Source: a virus (taxonomy: Duplodnaviria; Heunggongvirae; Uroviricota; Caudoviricetes). Taken from it: a stretch of 4,405 bases of DNA. The notes under the pieces are model-generated. The model searched no databases. It saw nothing but the letters and a program-made list of their open reading frames with translations, and had not been told where the DNA came from. This document shows, one piece after another, positions 1 through 4,405 of this stretch (positions within the stretch are counted from its first letter, which is position 1; the number at the start of each line of letters is the position of its first letter). The position numbers and the translations under genes were made by a program. The stretch is from the IMG/VR virus record IMGVR_UViG_2778261156_000001, one strand, 5' to 3'.

Positions 1-47
1 GGTTTACCTGCACCGTCTTTCAGTACACCTGAAATCTTTACTGCCAT
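1..47 (-). CDS. stf: Side tail fibre protein, 5' end only (first 15 codons; gene continues beyond the window start)
   Basis: Minus-strand ATG at 45..47 followed by an open frame to the window edge, translating MAVKISGVLKDGAGK. This matches the N-terminus of lambda Stf (orf-401) as I recall it, and the gene sits directly downstream of lom as in lambda. A G-rich Shine-Dalgarno-like stretch (GGGGTG) lies just upstream on the minus strand. Only 47 nt are in the window, so the call rests on this short match plus synteny. Confidence 0.55.
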   Translation of the reverse strand, partial: MAVKISGVLKDGAGK

Positions 48-56
48 ATTCACCCC

Positions 57-86
57 ACAAAAAAGCCCGCCTGAACCGGCGGGCTG
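57..86 (-). terminator. Rho-independent terminator downstream of lom
   Basis: Seen in sequence: inverted repeat AGCCCGCC (64..71) / GGCGGGCT (78..85) with a 6-nt loop. On the minus strand the 8-bp GC-rich stem is followed immediately by TTTTTT (complement of the A-run at 58..63). It lies 27 nt past the lom stop codon (112..114). Confidence 0.6.
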
Positions 87-111
87 TCATAACACTGTGT
101 TACCTGGCTAA

Positions 112-711
112 TCAGAACTTATAACCGACACCCACGATGAAACCGTCAGTGCGCCAGTCGCCACTGCCGGAGCCTTCATAAGCAATATCAATGGCCACGG
201 ATTCGGTCGGGTTAAACTGCACGCCAGCCCCCCACGCCAGAGACGTGTTGCTGCGGCGACCGTCATCACTTCCGGTCAGCACTTCGTGCGTTTTCCCCTT
301 GTTGTCAGTTACGCGGAGATAATCCCCGGAGAAAGTCGAAATACGGCTGTAAGCCACACCCGCCATCGCATACGCGCTGAACCATTCATTCACGCGCACA
401 GACGGCCCCGCCATCACGCTGAACCAGCGGTTACGCACGGAATCTTCATGCCAGCGGGTATCGCTGTAATGAGTCAGCTGGCGATTCTTGTCTTCTGCAT
501 AGCTGAATGACGTCACCATCCCCAGCGTGTCCGTAAACTCATAACGGTATTTCACGTTAATCCCGTTAAGATCATCGCTGCCGGGAACGTTCGTCGAGGC
601 ATGAAGATACCCCGCGCTCAGCGTGGACTGATGTTCAGACGCCCATGCAGGCGCACCGGATACGACCAGACAGATGGCTGCGGACAAAATGGCTGCACAA
701 ACTTTACGCAT
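112..711 (-). CDS. lom: Lom outer-membrane protein, Ail/Lom/OmpX/PagC family 8-stranded beta-barrel; lysogenic-conversion (moron) gene
   Basis: 199-aa ORF. N-terminus MRKVCAAILSAAICLVVSGAPAWA-SEHQ is a typical Sec signal peptide with an AxA cleavage motif. The mature protein is rich in alternating aromatic/hydrophobic residues and ends in ...GVGYKF, a C-terminal Phe typical of outer-membrane beta-barrels. Near-identical over most of its length to phage lambda Lom as I recall it. GAGAGG Shine-Dalgarno at 717..722, 5 nt before the ATG. Position immediately downstream of J matches lambda. Confidence 0.95.
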   Translation of the reverse strand: MRKVCAAILSAAICLVVSGAPAWASEHQSTLSAGYLHASTNVPGSDDLNGINVKYRYEFTDTLGMVTSFSYAEDKNRQLTHYSDTRWHEDSVRNRWFSVMAGPSVRVNEWFSAYAMAGVAYSRISTFSGDYLRVTDNKGKTHEVLTGSDDGRRSNTSLAWGAGVQFNPTESVAIDIAYEGSGSGDWRTDGFIVGVGYKF

Positions 712-732
712 AATTACCTCTCGCTTTTCTGC

Positions 733-760
733 AATAAAAAAGGCGTCATTCCTGACGCCC
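733..760 (-). terminator. Rho-independent terminator between J and lom
   Basis: Seen in sequence: inverted repeat GGCGTCA (742..748) / TGACGCC (753..759) with a 4-nt loop. On the minus strand the RNA would read GGGCGUCA-GGAA-UGACGCC followed by UUUUUUAUU (complement of 733..741). It lies 22 nt past the J stop codon (782..784) and about 20 nt before the lom Shine-Dalgarno. Confidence 0.6.
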
Positions 761-781
761 TTTATTGGGGTTATAACAATT

Positions 782-3700
782 TCAACGAATACTGATGCCG
801 GAAGCAGCCTTTTTGGTCACAATCACCGTACAGTCGGTGATATTGCCTGCCCCCTGATTGCCTTTCTGGAAAATCTTAAACTCCAGAGTGACGCTTCCCC
901 TGCCACTCGGCATATCAATAACCGCACTGTAACTACCGGGAATGGCCCCTTTAGTTTCTCTGGATGCGATTAATACGCCGTTTTTGCGAACTTCAAAACC
1001 ATACCCCGTGTACCTTGTACCTCCCGAGTTATCACCACTTCCCGGATCGTCATACGCTATACCGTTAAAGATAATGGGCGGAATAATGATTTGACGGTCA
1101 AAGTTATGATCATCGCTGATGGTGACTGTAACCGTCCCGTCTGGTGTTTCCGTGTTACCCCACGTACCAGCCTTTTTCGGGAATGATTTGGATACTGTTT
1201 TAACAAAATCACCTCTGACCTGATTCGCTTCCAGCATACCCTTAATCGTACAGTTTTCATTTATCGTGACGTTGTTGAGCGTCCCGGAGTTCGCATTCAC
1301 ACTGCCACTGATATCCGCATTTTTAGCGGTCAGCTTTCCGTCCGGTGTCAGGGAAAATACCGGTGGATTTCCACCACTGGTAATGGTGGGGGCCGTCAGG
1401 CGTTTGAGGAACACGTCGTTCATGAATATCTGGTTGCCCTGCGCCACAAACATCGGCGTTTCATTCCCGTTTGCCGGGTCAATAAACGCGATACGATTGG
1501 CGGCAACCAGAAACTGGCTCAGTTTGCCTTCCTCTGTATCCTCCATGCTGAGGCCAAGCCCCGCGACATAATGCTTACCGTCTTCGGTCTGCTCAATTTT
1601 GACGCCCCACATGGCATTCCATTTATCGTTGGCGTCCTTCCACTCTTTCGAAAACTCCTCCAGTCTGCTGGCGTTATCCTCCGTCAGCTCGACTTTTTCC
1701 AGCAGCTCCTTGCCGAGATGGGATTCGGTTATCTGGCCTTTGAAAAAATCCAGGTAACCTTCCGCATCATCGCTCGCCCGACCGACAGCCTCCACGAATG
1801 TCGATTTGCCGACGGTGTTCACACTGCGAACGTAAAAATAATAATCATGGCCCGGTTTGATATTGATACTGGCGGCTATCCAGTACAGCGCCGTGCCAAG
1901 ATAGCGGGCTGTGGTTTCAACCTGCCTGATATCCGCAATCCGCTTTTCCGAGAACCAGAACTCAAACTGTACCGTCGGATCATAAACCGCAAGATGCGGC
2001 GTGGCGGTTATCTGAAAATAGCCCGGCGTCAGCTCAATCCGCGACGGCGCTGTCGGTGCGGCAATCCGGAACGATACCGATGCCGGATCGCCCTGCTGCC
2101 CCCAGGCATTTGCCGCCCGGACTGTTAGCCTGTAGTTTCCCAGCGCCAGTTGCGTGAAGCGGTATGTGGTTTCCGTCGTCCGGGCCGTGCTGACCAGCCG
2201 CTCACTGCCATCATCCGCTGCCACGGTCAGGCGAAGCATAAAGCTCACCCCCTTCACCACCTTCGGCGTATCCCAGCGCGCCAGCACCTGGTATTCCCCG
2301 CTGTCTGCGGTGACTTCTGCGGTCAGATGCTGCACTGCTGGCGGCGTGACACCATTCACCGTGCCGCTCTGGTCACCGTCAAAGTGCGCCCCGTTATCCA
2401 CGATGGCTTCTTTCTCCGGTACATGCTGCACGGCAGTGATGGCATACGTGCCGTCATCGTTCTCACGGATACTCACGCAGCGGAACAGGCGCTGGCGCAG
2501 CGTCGGCAGCTTCAGCCCCCATACGCTGTATCCGGCAACGCCGTCAGGAACACGGCTCACTTTTACCTTCACGCCGTCGGTGACGGACTGGACCTCCACG
2601 CTGACCGGATTGCCACTTCCGTCAACCAGGCTTATCAGCGTGGTACCGGAGGATGGCAGCGTGATTTCACGGTCGAGCGTCAGCGTCCGGGTCTGGCTGT
2701 TCACCGCCAGCACGCGCCCGCCGGTGCTGATCCCCGCATAGTCATCATCGCAGATTTCAATAACATCACCCGGCACATGGCGAAGCCCTTCGGCACCCAC
2801 GCTGAAATCCACGGTCTGCGTCTCCAGCAGCTCCGTTTTAATCAGCCACAACCCGGCGCGGTGTGCCTGCCCCCGGCTGGTACAGCCAAAGGCATCCATC
2901 TTCGTGACGTTACGACCGTAACGGGCAATGGCCTGCGTGTCCTCCACAAGCTCTGTCGCCGTCTCCCAGCCGTTATCCGGGTCAATCCAGTTCACCTCAA
3001 CGGCATTATGGCGGTCCTTCAGGGCGCTGAAGCTGTAGCGGAACGGCGCGCCATCATCCGGCATCACCACATTACTGCGGTTATAGGTCCACACCTTATC
3101 CGACGGTCGGTCCTGCACGAACGTCAGCGTCTGCCCGTTCCATACCGGCATACAGCGCATCGCCGAGCAGAAATCACTGAGAACATCCCACGCCTTACGC
3201 TGTGTGGTCAGGTAGGCATTACAGGTGATGCGCGGCTCCGTGCCGCCAAAACCATTCGGTACCAACTGGTCGCAGTACTGGCCGATAACGTACAGCGCCC
3301 ATTTGTCCACATCTGCCGCACCAAGACGTTTCCCCATGCCGTAGCGCGGGTGGGTCAGCATATCCCACAGACACCAGGCCATGTTGTTGCTGTATGCTGG
3401 CTTTAACGTTCCGTCCCAGATACCGCTGTATTGCCGCGTCTGCGGGTTATAGTTCGACGGCACCTGCAGAATACGCCCGCGCAGATGATAATTACGGCTC
3501 ACCTGCTGGCTGCCGAACTGCTCCGAATCCACCCGTACGCCGACCAGTGCCGTGTTCGGGTAGCACTGTTTCACATCGATGATTTCGGTGTATGACGACC
3601 AGAGCGTTTTGTTCTGCAGCTGGTCTGTGGTGCTGTCCGGCGTCATCCTGCGCATCCGGATGTTGAACGGGCGCGGCGGCAGATTATCCACCACTACCGA

Positions 3701-4195
3701 GGCCAGATACTGCGAGGTGGTTTTGCCCTTAATGGTGATGTCTTTTTCCGTCACCCAGCCACCATTACGTTGTATCTGAACCAGCAGGCGAACTTCCGAC
3801 GGATTCCTGTCCCCCTTTGAGGTGGTTTCCACCAGTGCCTGCACACCGAAGGTAAAGCGCAGACGGTCGATGTTTGCCGACGTGATGGTCCGGGTGATCG
3901 GCGTGTCATATTTCACTTCCGTACCCAGCACCGTCTCGGAGCCGGAGGATTCAAATCCCTCCGGCGGTGACTGCTCCTGCTCACCGGCCCGGAACACCAC
4001 CGTGACGCCGGAGATGTTGGTATTCCCCTCACTGTCCAGCACCGGCGTACTGTTCAGCAGCACGCTTTTTAATCCCTCCACAGGACCTTCAACCGGCCCT
4101 TCACTAATGGCATCGATCACACTCAGCAACTGCGTGGATTTGAGGTTGTCCTTCGCTTCGCGCGGGGTATGCCCCTTACTGCTGCCTTTACCCAT
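782..4195 (-). CDS. J: Tail tip attachment / host specificity protein J (central tail fibre); the C-terminal ~160 aa form the receptor-binding domain
   Basis: Single 1137-aa ORF (3414 nt including stop) filling most of the window. N-terminus [34 protein letters not shown]... and long internal stretches match lambda gpJ as I recall it. The size matches the ~1130-aa lambda protein. GGAG Shine-Dalgarno at 4204..4207, 8 nt before the ATG. Flanked by I upstream and lom downstream exactly as in lambda. The coding strand is GC-rich (~57-65% over 2400..2520) with a strong coding-frame signal. Confidence 0.97.
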   Translation of the reverse strand: MGKGSSKGHTPREAKDNLKSTQLLSVIDAISEGPVEGPVEGLKSVLLNSTPVLDSEGNTNISGVTVVFRAGEQEQSPPEGFESSGSETVLGTEVKYDTPITRTITSANIDRLRFTFGVQALVETTSKGDRNPSEVRLLVQIQRNGGWVTEKDITIKGKTTSQYLASVVVDNLPPRPFNIRMRRMTPDSTTDQLQNKTLWSSYTEIIDVKQCYPNTALVGVRVDSEQFGSQQVSRNYHLRGRILQVPSNYNPQTRQYSGIWDGTLKPAYSNNMAWCLWDMLTHPRYGMGKRLGAADVDKWALYVIGQYCDQLVPNGFGGTEPRITCNAYLTTQRKAWDVLSDFCSAMRCMPVWNGQTLTFVQDRPSDKVWTYNRSNVVMPDDGAPFRYSFSALKDRHNAVEVNWIDPDNGWETATELVEDTQAIARYGRNVTKMDAFGCTSRGQAHRAGLWLIKTELLETQTVDFSVGAEGLRHVPGDVIEICDDDYAGISTGGRVLAVNSQTRTLTLDREITLPSSGTTLISLVDGSGNPVSVEVQSVTDGVKVKVSRVPDGVAGYSVWGLKLPTLRQRLFRCVSIRENDDGTYAITAVQHVPEKEAIVDNGAHFDGDQSGTVNGVTPPAVQHLTAEVTADSGEYQVLARWDTPKVVKGVSFMLRLTVAADDGSERLVSTARTTETTYRFTQLALGNYRLTVRAANAWGQQGDPASVSFRIAAPTAPSRIELTPGYFQITATPHLAVYDPTVQFEFWFSEKRIADIRQVETTARYLGTALYWIAASINIKPGHDYYFYVRSVNTVGKSTFVEAVGRASDDAEGYLDFFKGQITESHLGKELLEKVELTEDNASRLEEFSKEWKDANDKWNAMWGVKIEQTEDGKHYVAGLGLSMEDTEEGKLSQFLVAANRIAFIDPANGNETPMFVAQGNQIFMNDVFLKRLTAPTITSGGNPPVFSLTPDGKLTAKNADISGSVNANSGTLNNVTINENCTIKGMLEANQVRGDFVKTVSKSFPKKAGTWGNTETPDGTVTVTISDDHNFDRQIIIPPIIFNGIAYDDPGSGDNSGGTRYTGYGFEVRKNGVLIASRETKGAIPGSYSAVIDMPSGRGSVTLEFKIFQKGNQGAGNITDCTVIVTKKAASGISIR

Positions 4196-4217
4196 TCCTC
4201 ACGCTCCATAAACGACA

Positions 4218-4237
4218 AAACCGCCCGCAGGCGGTTT
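4218..4237 (-). promoter_or_regulatory. Hairpin in the I-J intergenic spacer; possible RNA structure or weak attenuator, function unknown
   Basis: Seen in sequence: AAACCGCC (4218..4225) / GGCGGTTT (4230..4237) with a 4-nt loop. On the minus strand the stem is followed by UUUUGUCGUUU and then the J Shine-Dalgarno. The stem is short (5 GC pairs plus AT pairs) and the T-tract is interrupted, so a functional terminator is doubtful. Confidence 0.3.
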
Positions 4238-4255
4238 CACATAAAACATTTTGCA

Positions 4256-4405
4256 TCAGCGACCAATCACCACAACCTGACCACCATCCCCTTCGTCTGC
4301 CGTGCTGATCTCCTGAGAAACCACGCGTGACCCCACGCGCATTTCACCGTACAGAACGGGCAGAACATTGCCCTGGGCAACCATGTTATCCAGTGAGGAG
4401 AAATA
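4256..4405 (-). CDS. I: Tail assembly protein I, 3' end only (last 49 codons; gene starts beyond the window end)
   Basis: The minus-strand frame is open from the window edge to a TGA at 4256..4258, translating ...YFSSLDNMVAQGNVLPVLYGEMRVGSRVVSQEISTADEGDGGQVVVIGR*. This is consistent with the C-terminus of lambda gpI as I recall it. The 60-nt gap to the J start matches the lambda I-J spacing. Absent from the ORF track because the start codon lies outside the window. Confidence 0.85.
   Translation of the reverse strand, partial: YFSSLDNMVAQGNVLPVLYGEMRVGSRVVSQEISTADEGDGGQVVVIGR

Noticed and set aside
733-763. Possible bidirectional terminator (plus-strand reading of the J-lom hairpin followed by CTTTATT)
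   Set aside because: The plus-strand T-tract is weak and interrupted, and no plus-strand gene converges on it. Only the minus-strand terminator is supported.
712-900. Candidate sigma-70 promoter for lom (TTGAAA near 776..781 and TTGTGA near 819..824 on the minus strand)
   Set aside because: Neither hexamer has an acceptable -10 element at 16-18 nt spacing, so I could not support a promoter call.
286-973. Plus-strand ORFs 286..510, 601..795 and 674..973
   Set aside because: Antisense to lom and to the 3' end of J; the latter two run through the J-lom terminator hairpin. No start-site signals. lom and J fully account for this region.
1057-1260. Minus-strand 67-aa ORF in an alternative frame inside J
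   Set aside because: Fully embedded out of frame within the J coding sequence, with no independent ribosome-binding site. Its basic, Arg-rich translation is consistent with a chance ORF.
1266-2128. Plus-strand ORFs 1266..1571 (101 aa) and 1571..2128 (185 aa)
   Set aside because: Antisense to J, with no Shine-Dalgarno and Arg/Leu/Pro-rich composition. Treated as shadow ORFs.
2150-3406. Plus-strand ORFs of 418 aa (2150..3406) and 195 aa (2154..2741) in the ORF track
   Set aside because: Both lie entirely antisense to J. Their translations are low-complexity and rich in Arg/His/Pro/Ala, typical of the reverse strand of a GC-rich gene. There is no ribosome-binding site or recognisable domain, and J itself has a full-length match to a known protein.
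3394-4211. Plus-strand ORFs 3394..3582, 3579..3779 and 3822..4211
   Set aside because: Antisense to the 5' part of J (the last also crosses the J start). No translation signals and composition typical of a non-coding frame.
4199-4249. 16-codon minus-strand ORF (MFYVKPPAGGFVVYGA) in the I-J spacer
   Set aside because: Too short to support as a gene from sequence alone, and it has no clear Shine-Dalgarno. Kept only as a note under the I-J spacer finding.
1-4405. Defence systems, CRISPR repeats, tRNA or tmRNA, integrase or att sites, IS elements
   Set aside because: No regularly spaced direct repeats, no cloverleaf-compatible segments in the short non-coding regions, no transposase-like ORF and no terminal inverted repeats. 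The whole window is accounted for by I, J, lom and stf plus short spacers.

Overview
This window is the tail-tip end of a lambda-like (lambdoid) phage or prophage late operon, with every gene on the minus strand. Reading in the direction of transcription (high to low coordinates): the last 49 codons of tail assembly gene I (4256..4405), a 60-nt I-J spacer containing a small hairpin, the complete host-specificity / tip attachment gene J (782..4195, 1137 aa), an intrinsic terminator, the complete lom gene for an Ail/Lom/OmpX/PagC-family outer-membrane beta-barrel protein (112..711, 199 aa), a second intrinsic terminator, and the first 15 codons of the side tail fibre gene stf (1..47). Gene order and spacing match the phage lambda I-J-lom-stf arrangement. 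I see no tRNA, CRISPR array, IS element, integrase or attachment site, and nothing that looks like a novel defence or accessory system. The points worth a second look are: (1) the C-terminal ~160 residues of J, the receptor-binding domain, which appear divergent from the lambda prototype as I recall it and are encoded by lower-GC DNA than the rest of the gene; (2) lom as a terminator-bracketed insert (moron) within the late operon, with no recognisable promoter of its own in the window; (3) the small structured I-J spacer. All plus-strand ORFs in the supplied track are antisense shadows of J or lom and are rejected. Gene identities come from my recollection of the lambda proteins, not from a database search.
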